DNA of 64,000 nt from Amoebophrya sp. A120 (taxonomy: Eukaryota > Protista > Dinoflagellata), in contig CAJINV010000001.1 of the NCBI GenBank assembly GCA_905178155.1, positions 3,215,675 to 3,279,674 of the forward strand, given 5' to 3'. The position numbers were made by a program, and so were the translations under genes. The notes under the pieces are model-generated. The model worked only from the letters and a program-made list of their open reading frames with translations. It had not been told where the DNA came from and ran no database searches. Below, one piece after another: positions 1 through 12,409 of this stretch. Within the stretch, counting starts at the first letter, position 1, and each line of letters starts with the position of its first letter.

Positions 1-1659
1 GTCCTGTATTTTCGTCATCTCAGAGGCAAACTCGTGATCGCACATGTTCGCGGAAAGCTCGACAAAGATGGGAAGAAGAAGATTCTGAACACTTCCAGCG
101 GGACCGCAGTTTTGAAACCAGTCCACTTCCGCATCTTTGCAGGCTTGGTCGCTGCTTGCACAGGCCGGATAAGCGAGGCCGAACAAATCGTCGCCGCTTG
201 AATTCTGGGCGAAACAGTGGGTGAAAAACGTGTTGCACTTTTCCATGCAGGTGTTCACTATGGAAGAACCGCTCTCATCAACCGCAGAGAGACCGCAAAA
301 CTGATAGAGCGGCACATAGTGGAAGATACACACGTGGCCACCGACCTCGTAATCAGTACAGGCGGCTTCCTTGGCGCTGGAGCCGTAGATGCCTTCTATT
401 TTTCGGCCGCAGTAGTTCGGGTCCGTCAAGTACTCGGTCCGGTTCGTATCGCGGCAGTCTTTCACACCCGTCCAGCCATTCGTGTACGCAGCTGGGCTTC
501 TCTTCTGAAGCAGTTGCTCGGACCACGACGAGACCGGGCGCCCGCTCTCGTGTTCTTTCCGCAGCAGGTGAAGACCACTGGTCGCATTGTTCCGCGTAGC
601 TGCTGCAGGAGCGCCACGAGCCGAGATTTTCCTGGAAGCGATTTTCATCCTCTCCACTGCTGAGGCGATGTCGTCCTTGATGCGTGTCTTTGCCGTGGCG
701 TTCTTGGTTTTTGACGTCGGCATCTTCCGCATCTCCTGGGAGTTGACTAGTACGGGTAGTTGTGATGTCTCGCGCCCGCGACCGCCGGCAGCATCATGAT
801 GATAGTTGTCGTTGCCGGTGTTGCTCTTTGCGGTTTTAGACGGCACGACAGTGGGAAAAGCACTAGCCGAGAAATTCATCAAACTCATGGCAGCACTGTT
901 GGCATTTTTTCCGGTGGTCGCGTGGTCCGACGTCACCCCAGAAGAAGTGGAGGGCTTTAAGGTTTGACTCTCGCCGCTGCTGCCGTCGGATGTGAACGAC
1001 AGCACGGACGCGTTGTAGTGCTGCTGCTGTGCCATGGTACTGGTACTATTTTGTCGTGTGCTAGTACTTGAGGACACAACCTGCTGCGTTTTTTTTGCCG
1101 ACAAAGTTCTCATGATCTCTGGCTCGTTTTCACCCCCCTCTGCGTCGTCCACAATTTTTGTGTTGCCACGCCGCTTGTGCTGCTCCTGCTTGATGTTCTT
1201 GTTCTCCACCAATGCAGACGTTGGAAAATTCGCCGAAGATGAACTTTTAGCCCTGGAAGTACTAGACGACCGATGATCATCTACTTGCTGCTCTTCGCCC
1301 TGGTCTGAATCTTCCTCTAGTCCCTCGCCCTCGGTGAGGACCACCGCATCCGCATCCATCTTCACGCGGCCTCGACCCGAGAATGCGGAAGAAGTCCGTG
1401 GGGATTCAGCAGCTTGTGCCTGGTGCACACCACCAGCAGTTGGCGCAGTCAACGTCGATATCTTCGTCGAGTCCACCGATACATCCAGTGCATACGAAGT
1501 GGAACACGTACTGGAAAATACTAGTAGACCACCCGGTGCTGCGAGGAATCCGAGCGTGGAAAGGATCCGAGAAGGTGCCGACAGCTGCGAACGCTGCAGT
1601 GCACCTGGGGTGGAGCTGCCGTTCGGGTTCGCGTTCATTTCTCCAGGAGCTCGCATCAT
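1..1659 (-). CDS. Putative secreted/surface protein (hydrophobic N-terminus, low-complexity middle, Cys-rich domain); 3' end runs off window
   Basis: Frame from ATG at 1659 (MMRAPGEMNAN...ILSTLGFLAAPGGLLVFSSTCS) reads open to position 1, and the ORF track lists no stop in this frame. Cys-rich part: KDCRDTNRTEYLTDPNYCGRK...CTDYEVGGHVCIFHYVPLYQFCG. Confidence 0.65.
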   Translation of the reverse strand, partial: MMRAPGEMNANPNGSSTPGALQRSQLSAPSRILSTLGFLAAPGGLLVFSSTCSTSYALDVSVDSTKISTLTAPTAGGVHQAQAAESPRTSSAFSGRGRVKMDADAVVLTEGEGLEEDSDQGEEQQVDDHRSSSTSRAKSSSSANFPTSALVENKNIKQEQHKRRGNTKIVDDAEGGENEPEIMRTLSAKKTQQVVSSSTSTRQNSTSTMAQQQHYNASVLSFTSDGSSGESQTLKPSTSSGVTSDHATTGKNANSAAMSLMNFSASAFPTVVPSKTAKSNTGNDNYHHDAAGGRGRETSQLPVLVNSQEMRKMPTSKTKNATAKTRIKDDIASAVERMKIASRKISARGAPAAATRNNATSGLHLLRKEHESGRPVSSWSEQLLQKRSPAAYTNGWTGVKDCRDTNRTEYLTDPNYCGRKIEGIYGSSAKEAACTDYEVGGHVCIFHYVPLYQFCGLSAVDESGSSIVNTCMEKCNTFFTHCFAQNSSGDDLFGLAYPACASSDQACKDAEVDWFQNCGPAGSVQNLLLPIFVELSANMCDHEFASEMTKIQD

Positions 1660-2885
1660 GGTATGGTGACTTCTTCTGGAAAGTTGCCACAGGCAGCCGT
1701 GACAAAGAGGCCACTCCTCATAGAGTTGTTCAGATTAGCTGCTGGCCTTAATGCAATAGATCGGAAATTATTTCCATACGCTACGAAGAATTTTTGTATG
1801 ATCATGCAACACAATACAATACTGATTCAAAGAAAGCATTCGCGATTTGCGGCCCGAGCCTCACGTAGAGACGAGCGATATGTGTTCCGAAGGGATGGCT
1901 GCGAGAACTTGGATGATGGAACTTTTCAACCTCACTCTTGCGATTTATTCACTCTGTTCCGCCTTAGTGCTCTGCTTCTCACAGCTTCATCGACCTCACT
2001 CCGAGTAAGTAAGTCCGCTCATTTCGGTCAGCGGTCTAGCGTTTAGCTGGGATGCGGACAATGTAGACCCGACGGGGCCTACATTGCGTTTGCATCCTAC
2101 TCCCGTGCGTGCCTGTTCTGGCGCAAGCCCCGAATCATGCGCTCGACACGACGGGCCCGCCCCTGATCGTTAGTCTTACTCCGGACTTCTCCGCATGCAT
2201 TGCTGTGCACATGCATCCACTATATAACACTCCTACAGTGTTGCCACCGTCGGTACGCTTTCTCTTGTGATGCATGTTGCTGGAGCAGTTGACAAAGTGA
2301 TGTACAGATTCGTATTCTGACTAAAACTCAAAAATAATGTGCAAAAATGTTTATTTTCAGCCTCCATCACGCTGAGCCTGAGTGATCCCGGTTATGTAAT
2401 GCAAATGCGGTAGGAATATGCATATGCTAATGGTATGTTCCCGCTTTCACAAAAATTCAAATCGCTCTTTATCATCATCTGATATTTGAAAAAAAGACAT
2501 GTGTAAGAATCCATCGAGAGGAAACAGAATTTAATGCTGTAGATACTCTTTATTTTTACTCTTCGAAAGAAGCAAACTTGAGTTTGTTTTCCAGGTAGTT
2601 CCTTGTCTTCATATGTCAATATCAAACTCTTCAGGACCGATGGTATTGGAATAAAAAAGATGACTGCGAGGTGGAAATTGTAAACTCTAATTCAATTTTC
2701 TAAAATTCTCGTTGCTATCTTGTGAAACAAGCAACGCTATGAGAAAATATTTTTTCATTCGTACTTGTTCTCTTCAAGGCCGTATATCCAAACGAAACAA
2801 TCCTACAGACAAAATCATTCATTCATTTCAAAATTTTCTTGACCTGCTGTTCCTGAAAAAGTAACTTCTCGAAAAACCAAAATCT

Positions 2886-5800
2886 TCACCCCATCACGTC
2901 CGTTCCGCTGAAAAGCACAACGCCCAGGAGCGACACCACGGACGCAACACCGACACCAATTACGCCAAACAAGGATTGCGCGCTCTCGGCTTCCTCTCCA
3001 CCACTGGGTTTGTTGTTCCCTTCTTCTTCCGATTGCAGATGGTCCTGCTCCTGGTCGCTCGCGAGCACGTGACCACCAGCGCTTGCTGCGCCAACAGGGA
3101 AATCCTCGCTCGTACGACCGTTCTTGTCGGTCAGCTTTGTTTCCTGCGCAACGTTTTTCATCTCACCCAGGGCTGCTCTGCTCGCGGCCTCCGCGACGCC
3201 CTTGTTTTCATTCCGCACCATAGAAGGCACCTCCTGCTCCTTTCGCGACACTGCAGTGACGTTAGAAACTTGCTTTGCAACCTGCTTTTTCACGACGGAA
3301 GTTCTCGTTCGTCGGGGAGTTGTTCCCAGGGTGCTCGGTAAGGTGACGGAAGAGTTTTTCATAGAGCTGTCAATTACGACCTTACTGGTGGGCGCTGCAG
3401 ATTTTTTCCGATCCGAAACCGCTTTTGACGCACTGGATTTCGATTTTCGCGACGCCGGTTTAGTAGTCGTTACCACTTTCTTCGCTGCGTCTCCTGAAGG
3501 CGTCACGCCGAAGTCCCGTTCGTCCTCGGTGTCTACTCCGTTAAAACTCCTTTTGGTAGTAGTACCCTGCTCCTGGAGAATGTCCTTGTTCTCGCCTAAG
3601 AACACTGATGTGCACATGGTCAGGTGGTTCGCCAGCCCGCTTCTAAAGACGACCGTTTGGTCAGCAGGGAGGGGTCGAGGCCGGAGGACCAGGAAGGTCG
3701 CGACGTACGAGGTAAGGAGAAAAACGGAAAACCAGCGCCAGTTGACGCGAAGTTGTGGTGCGGGCGCGTCGTGGCCACGGCGAGCAGCAGGGACGAAGTG
3801 GAGATGACCTGATGATTCGCGGGTCAGAAAGTCAGTCACAGTCTCGTGAATCATGATAGACGCAATAATTATACAACTCGCAAGCAGATCCACATATGAT
3901 GATATCCACACATGTTGCAAACAAGAAAAGCCTTTTCCTGGTACCTTCCGCTGCGGAAACCCGACGTACATTCTCCACTGGTACAACTGTGGTTCCCTTG
4001 TTAACGCCAGCGTTTGTCGGCGACAGCCGCCCGGCGTCCTCTAGCTCCACCCGCTTGCGCAAATGGTGGTACTTGCTGTCGTGCTTCCCGCTAGATCCAG
4101 AGACCGTCGGCACAACGAGTGAACTCGTGGCGGACATCGGCTCATGATCCAGCGGAGTTGCGGATAGAAGTCGCGGATTCGAGGAAACTTTCGGTGTCGC
4201 TTTTTTCACGTTCTTGTTGACCTGCTTTTGTCCTGGCGTCAACGGTGCGTTTTGCAACGCCGCCCGAGGAGACGCCAAGGGAGACGCGGAAGATGAAAGA
4301 ACAGCATCAGAAGGACCTGCATTCATCGCGGTCGCGACCTCAGAGGGCTCGTCCACACGCAAACTTGTTTTCGCCAGGTCCTTGCCTTTGCCGGGTACTA
4401 TGGGCGCGATTTTGGTACTTCCTACAGTAGAAATCGCAGAAGTGGAAGTGGTCGAAGCAGATGCGACGTAAGTCGGGTTCCCCTTTTGCGCCGGCCGAAC
4501 GGCGGGGCTGTGCTTGGTCGGGCCGCCTGATTGACGTCGCTGCTGGTCGTAGGCGCGCCGACGTTGCAGTTGCGATTGCGAGGGGTTGCTACTGTGGTTC
4601 ACCGCTTCAGAGGTGGTCGGAGAGTTCGGTTTGTTCAACTATTGTGAGTAAAAATCCCCCCTCCCCATATTGAAAAGGTATATTTCCAAAAATTTGCGTT
4701 GCGGATTTGAGGCCACAAATCACATCTGTCTTGCAAGAAGACAAGGGCAGAAGCTTCCGCCCCATTATGGATGCGGTTTGTCATGCTGTTGGGCCTAAAG
4801 GGGGGCCGTTTGCCATGCTGAACTACTAGACCCATACGCCCTTACCTAGCCTGGGGATCTGGCCGCAGTGCCTCTCTGCAGTACAAAGCTGATTTGTGGT
4901 CACAAATCAGCATCACAAATTTCCGTTTTGGTATGGGGAGGGGGGATTTTTCATTTTGATATCAACAGTTCCGTGACTTGTGCCTCCGTGGGCGTTTTCA
5001 ACTCCGAGAGGGGTGCACTCGAGACCGCGCTTTTTGCAGACACGGTAGAACCCATACTGGTTGCAGACTGCATCAAACCTCCTGCTCCAGACGGTGCTAA
5101 CCGCGAAACAGAATTCGTCGGTGTTGGACCTCCTTTCACCAGACTCTTTGATGTTCCTGCCGAGGAAGTTGTGCCCCTCGGGGTTTGCGTGGTACTATTC
5201 CCTGGGACCACGCTAGGCTTCGCAAACGGCTTGCGGAGATGAGTTGTAGAGGTGGCTTTATTCGTAGTGGTGGACGAAACACCGGCAGTACCAAATATAG
5301 CCGCCGGGGCGGAGGTAGTGAGGTCGTGCGTGGGCGTTTTCTTGCCGGCCGTCGCCTTGGCCGCGGCTTTGCTTTTTCTGGGGCCGCCATACCGCCGTGA
5401 GTAATGTTAGGCAACACGGTATGGCGGCCGCTCGATAAACGTCGCAAATGTTGGCAAATTCCCGAAATTCCTTTCCGAAAGCCAGCCCCCATGCTATGGG
5501 GCCGATCCGGGTGCCACGGGGGGCGCCCAAAAAGCGAAGAAAAATCGGGCCCATAGCATGCGGATTGGCTTTGCGCGTCTGGGGCACTTTTTCTTTTTCG
5601 CGTTTTTATTTTTCACGCCGGCGCTTTTTGCAAAGCTTCCCAGGCTCTGAAACCGGCGAAAAGGCGGCCGCTTTCGCGGCCGCCCAAAATGCTCCGAAAT
5701 CGCGGCCGTGCCATGCTGTTTCGCTGTTCTGATTTTGGGCGCGTTTTTTGCGCGTCCCTTTCTAGGCGCCCCAAACCGCCAGAAACTAAGGCGGTGGGCG

Positions 5801-7424
5801 CCTCAGAAGGGCGCCCCTTTTGGCGGCTCCCCTGCGTCGTTTTATCAAGCGGGGATCGATAGTTTTCGACCGGGCTTGTTTGACTTCAAAGCCCCGCCCG
5901 CTTGATAATTGAAAATCTTTTATGTAAAAAAACACTCCCGCCCGCTTGAAAACTGCCGGTCGTTTTGCTGGCTGGGTGTCAAAAAAACTCCCCGGTTAGA
6001 ACCGTTCGGTGACCTCACTACATACTATTCAGTGCTGAGCCCTGGTGAGATCTAGTTGTTCCACCGTTGACCAGACTTCGCATCAAAGTAGTCGCATTCT
6101 TGTTTTTTGCTGGCGATTTCGGTAGCTCTTTGCGGTCCTCCCTGGGCGACAAAGACGCCTCACCCGGGGCGATGACCCGACCTGCGGGCAGAAGCAGCAA
6201 CACACTCCGGCTCGTGCTCGACGTTCCACTCGGCAGCTGTTGTTCTACGAGAAGAGCGCTTGTTGTCGTCGTGGCAACTACCGGAGTACCACCGTGTGAG
6301 GACAAAACAGTAGAAACACCGGATGACAATAAATCATGGTCCACTACATCCGAGAGCTGCACCGACACGGCTTGCAACTGGCTTTGTTCACCAGCAACGA
6401 GAGCTGTTGCACCGTCGACGGAAACCACGGATGAGGAGTGAAATTGCGAAACCGGTTCTTGCAACCCGCGGATCGAGAGCCCGGAGTCGACGTGTTCCGG
6501 ATTGTTTTCCCGCTCTTCGTGCAGCCGGACCGTTGCGGCAACCGCCGGGCAACTCACATACGCGTCGCCCTCGACTTGGATCAGAGGCTGTTTGCTGGGC
6601 AATAACTCCTCGTCCGCGCCGGTTTTGTTCGGGGAAAGCAAGTCTCGTTTCTGGAAAACCCCGTCCACAACTTTGAAGCCCTCCAGAGACCCGTCCGCCA
6701 GGACCGAGTTCGCGTCCGGGCTGTGGTTGCTCTTGTCCACTTGCTGTTGGAGTGCTTCTGCTTTTTCTGCAACGGTGGCGTCGCGATCGTCGTCTTCAAC
6801 CTCAACTTGGGTGTTTTTTACTTTTTCCTCAATGACCGGCGTACCGATGCTCTGTTCCGGCGGCGGCGGAGACGCGACGGAGTTCTTCGACGCGCTTGTA
6901 TCCGGTGAATCTGGGATAAAATGATGTTGTTCCGCACTACTCAATAGCGGATTTCTTCCCGTGCTCAGCAACAGTTCGTCGACGTCCATGCTATCGGGCG
7001 CCGGCGGAACCGCCGGCGCGGCAAGCGGCTTCACCTGCGGCTTTTTTGCCGGGGAGGCGATGGGCGCGGCGACCTTGACGAGGGTTTTATTTCCACTACC
7101 ATCCCGTGGCGGGGTATTAAACACACCGCCCATTGTATTACCTGTAGTCCCGGTGGGGGAGTCGCTATTGGGTACTAGAAGAAGTTCCTCCCGACTGATG
7201 TTATCCTCTGCGGACGCTCCGGGCGGGGGTAAACGGGGCTCGCTCAGCGGCGCCATCGGGTTTAGGGGGGACACGGTGGTAAAAAACGGGTCTTCCGGGA
7301 AAACCTGGACGTTTTGCGCCGGCGGTGTGGTTGGGATAATTGAGTCCGCGGACCTCGGAGGAGACGGCGTCGCCAGCCACGGCTCGCGGTTGGCGTCCGC
7401 TTCAGCGTCGATGCTATCCGACAT
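2886..7424 (-). CDS. Large low-complexity P/S/T-rich protein with C-terminal hydrophobic anchor (multi-exon, hypothetical)
   Basis: ORFs 6018-7424, 4951-5211 (extended to 5377), 3832-4638 and 2886-3808 join in frame. Joins: GT-AG intron 5378-6021, TIR intron 4640-4961 (LL|NKPNSP), GT-AG intron 3809-3944 (E G|HLHF). Ends LFGVIGVGVASVVSLLGVVLFSGTDVMG. Confidence 0.55.
4640..4961. mobile_element. TIR introner, family B (322 bp), TSD TCAAC
   Basis: Ends tattgtgagtaaaaatcccccctccccata ... tatggggaggggggatttttcattttgata. TCAAC at 4635-4639 and 4962-4966. Similar to 61166-61486. Confidence 0.9.
5378..6021 (-). other. Probable GT-AG intron made of a GC-rich hairpin array (possible mobile element)
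   Basis: GTAGTG...CCCCAG joins NS I|KSKAAAK in frame. Contains at least 5 inverted repeats. Confidence 0.5.
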
Positions 7425-8240
7425 TTTTCAAGTTCTGTGTGAAGATGTGCAACTCTTGCTAGTTTCCTGCTGTCAGATCTTTTTTTTTCTTCTTGTTCCA
7501 ACACAACTACTAGCGGTCTTTTGTGTGGGTATATTTTTTGCTTCGAGCGAAGTCTTAAGGATAAGCTTGCCCTTGGGAAAAAACTGAAATCTTCGAAAGG
7601 GCCAATGGGCGAACGGCTGTAAGTATGTACGAGAATGAGTTTCCGTGTGCATCAACTTGTCTTGTTTCAGTTTCTCTTCTTTTGCTGTTAACCAAGAATC
7701 GAGAACAAACATTAAAGAGGGCTCAAAGGCCTATCTGTGCCCTTTTCCATCACTCGAGGTCGAGCTGCAAAAAACGCTAGTATACACAAGAAAAAAAGAA
7801 ACAGAATCTGCGCTACCCGCCACAGTACTACATTCAATGAATTTCACCGTGGTAAGAAAGCAATGCACGAACACGCATGGAAACAAGACAATTCGTTCGC
7901 TCGGCAAGGGAAAAACTAGTCTTGAGGTCGTGGGAGAAAAAACTACAGTTCTCACAGAATTACACAGGACAAACCAGTTCTTGGAACAGCGGGAAGATGG
8001 TGCTTCTTTCTTTGGTTCGCGACAAAAATCTCTCGAATGCCAGAGCTACAGATCGCGCTGCGTATTTGCTACTGCTTGAAGCTGCTCTTCTTTCTGAGTT
8101 CGCCTTCGGGATGATTCTTCATTTATTTGCGCTTATAAAGGAAGTACAACTACTTCAACTTCATCAGCATACTGTAAATGAGGAGGAGCGTTCTTGCGCT
8201 GGATGTCGTTATGGTACGTTGTTACCAAACCGTACATTCT

Positions 8241-11200
8241 TTAGGAAAACCTGCTTCCCATGGGGTGTCCGCCGTGTTGGCTGTGGGGCGTGCCCCCGCC
8301 AAAAACGGAGCCCTGGTTGTTCATCGGGGTTCTTGGGTCCTGCTGTCCACCACTACTTCTGTTCGTCAGTGCGTGCGCGTGGGGAATCTGGGGGCCTCCC
8401 CCGCCGGGGCCGTGGATGACGGGGTCGTATACTTGTTGTCGCATGTGCTGCTGCTGCTGCTGCACGAGTTGGAGGTTTTGTGCGTGGTGGTCCGCAAGCA
8501 GGTTCTGCCCGGATTTCCTCTTCTGTCGGCTGTACCAAATGCCCACGATACCGACTAATATGGTGCCGCAGATGAGAAAAAAGTTGTTCCAGCAAGAATT
8601 AGCCTCGTAGGCAAGCTCCTTTTCGTACCAGGAAACGAAAATCTTTTCCTGCATGCCCTTCCCCATCTTCGCACTGATTTTGTCCTCCTTCAGTCGGAAG
8701 CAGTCCATAAGGTTCTGCCGGGCGTTCGCCTTGTGCAGGAACGGGATGAGTGTGTGCGGGCAGAGGAAACCACAATCCTGTTTTTTTTTTTATCATTTTC
8801 CTATTGTCTCACGTGCAACGACCAGGAAGGCACAGGAGGCATATCAACCAGCGAAGCGGAAACAAGAACAACGCAAATAAATCTATTAAAATACCATCTT
8901 CCCCGCGAAGTTTCTCTGTAAGCCACACTGCGTGACTTCGTCGTTGTGGATTTTCCAAAGTTCGACGTTCTTCTGCGTCATCCGGCCCCACTCGACCATG
9001 ACCTTCCTTTCCAGGTTCGCCTGCGTCTCGATGAACTGGACGGTGTCCTTCAAATCTTCGACCGATTTCGCCAGCACGTCCACCGACTCCTCCTTCAGTT
9101 TGCCGTGCTGTTCCGCCAGCGCCTCCTCGTCCATGGGCATCTTCAGGTTGTTTTTCTTCTCCTTGTAGTAGTTGAAGGCCTTGTCGTGCACCTCCCGCAT
9201 GTGAATCGCGATCCGCTGCTCGTTCATCTCCTGGAACCGCTGCAGCTTCACGTCGGTCTGATAGATTGTTTGGGGAAGAAACAATTAATGAAAGATTGTT
9301 CAGTTTCTTTTCGAATTCATAGGACAAAGAATTGCAGCTGTACTAGCTAGTCAGTATCAGCGTGCTTTTTGCATAAACAATTGCAGAACTCGCAAAAGCA
9401 ACGTCATGCGTTCTCAAAACCTGTGTATACCTCTTGCTTGACCAGCGCCTCGTGCGTTTTGAACAGCGGATGGAACTTGAACCAGGTTTCGCCGTTTAAA
9501 TGGTTCTGGAAAAATTTATCCGCGTTTATCCTGGTTTGTTCCCGGAACTCCTTCATTTGCTGCTTACCAAACAATTGGCTCTCCCGGCTGGACAGATCAC
9601 TGTCGCAGCTCGTCAGACTCGCCTGCGCTGCGGTTTGGAAAATGTTCTGGATCACCTTCTCGTTCTCGGCGTGTTTCGCGACCGCGAGCGTTTCCAGGTC
9701 TTGCGCGAGGCTCGTTTTCGGGTTCTTCTCCGTCCAGGGGATGGTGGACAGCGGCTCCGCGTGCTTGTTCAACTTCGACAAGTGGTTCCACTCGGTGGTG
9801 ATGTTCCGCACTTGCATGCTCGACTCCTCCTTCACCAACTGCTCCAGCTGTTTTGGCTCGTGCGGGAGGGTGACTTTCGTCGTCAGAAACGTATTGTACT
9901 TCTCCTTCAAGTCGTCCACCAAGATCCGGAAGTGTCGGTGGATCCGGTGGGAAAACTGCGAAACCGCGTCCTTCTGGATCACGCCCATCTTCTGCTCCAG
10001 CGTTTGCGTCTCCGGCTTCACATCAAAATCCTTCAACAGCTCTGTGTAGAACTTGAGCGTGCGCTCCCGGGCGAGCGCAATGCGGTCGTTGAAGGTCCCG
10101 ACGGACACCACGGCCGCGGCGTCCGTGGTCTCGACGTGTTTGTGATCCTCGTGGTCCTTGTCGTCCATGCCCGCGGTGGCGGCCCACTTACCGTCCAGCA
10201 CCATGCTGCGAAACCACCGCTCGGAATCGTACAGCGAGTGCTCTGCGACTTGCGTCGTCCACGACGCCCACAAGCTCGGCAGCTCGGGAAAAACCCCGGT
10301 CTGCAGCGCGTTCACGATGAAATGAATCGCTTTCTGCAACTCGACACCCGTCATGTGCTCGCGCTTGGCGGAAAAGGACTTGGATTTTACCCGCTGCAGG
10401 ATGTGGGGTTTCACGTCCGTCTCGAGCTCTATTTTCGTGTCAAAATGTGATGATATTGTGGACCCATCAGGGAGTGATGCGACGCCGTTACTTAAGGTTA
10501 ATGCTGCTTTTATTCCAATGAAGTCACCAAGCACTAGGCATGGTCCTCAACATAAAAGCAACAGGATCCTAGCTATAGAAGAAACTATCTATCATGTCTA
10601 TGAGAAAAATGCAAAAGAGTGTCCATGCTGAAAAATGCAAATGTACCTTCTCGAAACTCTTCTGTCAGTTGGTTGTAGTTCAGCTTCGACAAATCCTTCA
10701 GGTCCGCCTTTGTCACTGCTGGGAGGAACAACGTCTTCACGGAGATGTCCTTAAACAGCCGACTCAAATAGTGGTCGCCATTCCCCCTCGGCTGCCCCAC
10801 CGCCGTGCCAGCGGATTTGCTCGTGCTGTTGGTATCCTTCAGATTGGACCCTTTCTCGTGCGACAGGTAGGAACGGAGCCACTCGAGGAGTGAGTTCTCG
10901 CCTGTGGATAGAGGATAATATCATGGTATGAGTTTCGAAGTACGAAAAAAAATGTCCAAGTCCATGCATTCCTTCATGATGGTGCTACCCTGGCAAGACA
11001 GACGTTGATGTCTTGTCCTTTTGTTTTTGTTTTCAGAGGTAAAGATAAAATCTAAATTATCATTCTACGTAGGTACCAGTGGACGAGCTGTCTTGCGTGA
11101 AGTCCTCGACGATCCACGTGAGCGAGGGGAAGTTCATCTGCATCAAAAAATCCGGCGTGATCGCCGAGTTTTCCCCTGTCACCTGCCCCGATTTCGTCTT

Positions 11201-12409
11201 GAACAGTTGTGCGCGGCGGGCCAGCATCTCTAAAAGGTTCACCGCCTGCTGATCGATGACTTTGACGGTGTTGTACACCAGATGGGAGCCGAGAAGCGTC
11301 GCGATGGTAAAAATCTTGGCATCGTACGCCTCTTCGATCCCCGGGCCGAAAAAACCCTCCGAATCCATCAACCAAATCTCACTGCCGTCCACCTCGGACG
11401 TCATGTTGGTGCGGCAAAGCCTGGGTGATAAATTTGAATTTTGTACGAATAACGTGGATAAAATAATTCTTCCGATGCCACGACAATGAGTGGCGGCGCA
11501 TTTTTCCAACGTCAACAAGCACCCGCATTTCTTGGTCTTGCAAAATAGAAAAAGAATACCAAATCCCCATCGTTTCCGGGCTGGTTTTTGGTCCGACGGA
11601 GAAAGCCCGCATGTTTCCCAGCATGGTGTTCAACAGAAAGCTCTTCCCGCTGTGATACGGTCCGACGACGGAAATCAACGAGATTTTGTGTTTGATTGCC
11701 GACAGCCTAGCCAGATTTCCCGCGTTCACGCGCATGGATTGATGGTCCGGAGTCGGTTGGATGATTTGGAACGGTTTTCCCACCTCAATCCGAAAATTGT
11801 CAACCTCGTCCGCAGTGTTATGCTTGCTCCTGCTGTCCGCCTTATTTCGGTTGGAAGAACTCTTGCTTTGGCTGTGCTCGTCCCTTCCTGTCGCTGGTCT
11901 CGTTTCTTTTTCTGGCACAGCAACAGTCTCCATTTCCACCTGCTTCGAAGTGGAAGACGAAGAAGGACTGGATGAAGATCCGGCTTTCTTCTTCGATGAA
12001 CTACCTGCACTTATTTCGGAAGCGGCCTTCTTACCGCTACCTGAATCACTTGAGCTCGCTGATGTCGCTTTGTTCCCTTTATTCTTGTCCTCCTGCTTTG
12101 TCGCTTTAATTTTTTCGCTGTTGATTTTCACCTTCGGCGCCAGGTCCTCAATGACGGCGTCCGGGCCGGAGGAAGGCTTGTATGAACTGCAAAAGTATCG
12201 TACTCGTCGTAATTGCAGTCATGCATTACAAATCTTCTTCTGAAAGGTAAATCAGCATTACAAATTTTATCTCTCATGCTGAGGAAATTTGTAATGCATT
12301 TATACGAGTACGATACTTTTGCACAGGATAGCTTGCTGCTTCCAGCGACGGCGACGGAGCCCCCGAAAAGCGACCCCGCGGCGGCGACCGCGAGTCGCTG
12401 AAAGATCAT
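8241..12409 (-). CDS. Guanylate-binding protein/atlastin-family large GTPase with N-terminal signal-like peptide and C-terminal TM
   Basis: Motifs: G1 VVGPYHSGKSFLLN, G2 PETMGIW, G3 LMDSEGFFG, WIVEDF, then a helical region and TM FFLICGTILVGIVGIWYS. GT-AG introns at 11421-11559, 10902-11076, 10429-10646, 9258-9430, 8778-8894. TIR intron 12188-12323. Confidence 0.85.
12188..12323. mobile_element. Atypical short TIR intron/MITE (136 bp, perfect 20-bp TIR)
   Basis: tgcaaaagtatcgtactcgt ... acgagtacgatacttttgca. Removing 137 nt joins SKLSC|SYKPSSG in frame. Internal GCATTACAAAT repeats. Confidence 0.75.

Noticed and set aside
1914-2237. Possible solo LTR (minus strand TGTAGG...AATAAA...CCATCA) with a small hairpin at 2060-2085
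   Set aside because: Flanks do not form a TSD and there is no second copy in the window.
5136-6025. GTATG direct repeat as the boundary of the 5.4-6.0 kb insert
   Set aside because: Precise removal leads into the wrong frame (stop at 5136), whereas the GT-AG join 6021/5378 keeps the native-looking frame.
9369-10450. Long plus-strand ORFs here and elsewhere (for example 3124-3807, 28426-29229, 40945-41727, 49736-50539)
   Set aside because: They are antisense shadows of GC3-rich minus-strand exons and have no recognisable motifs.
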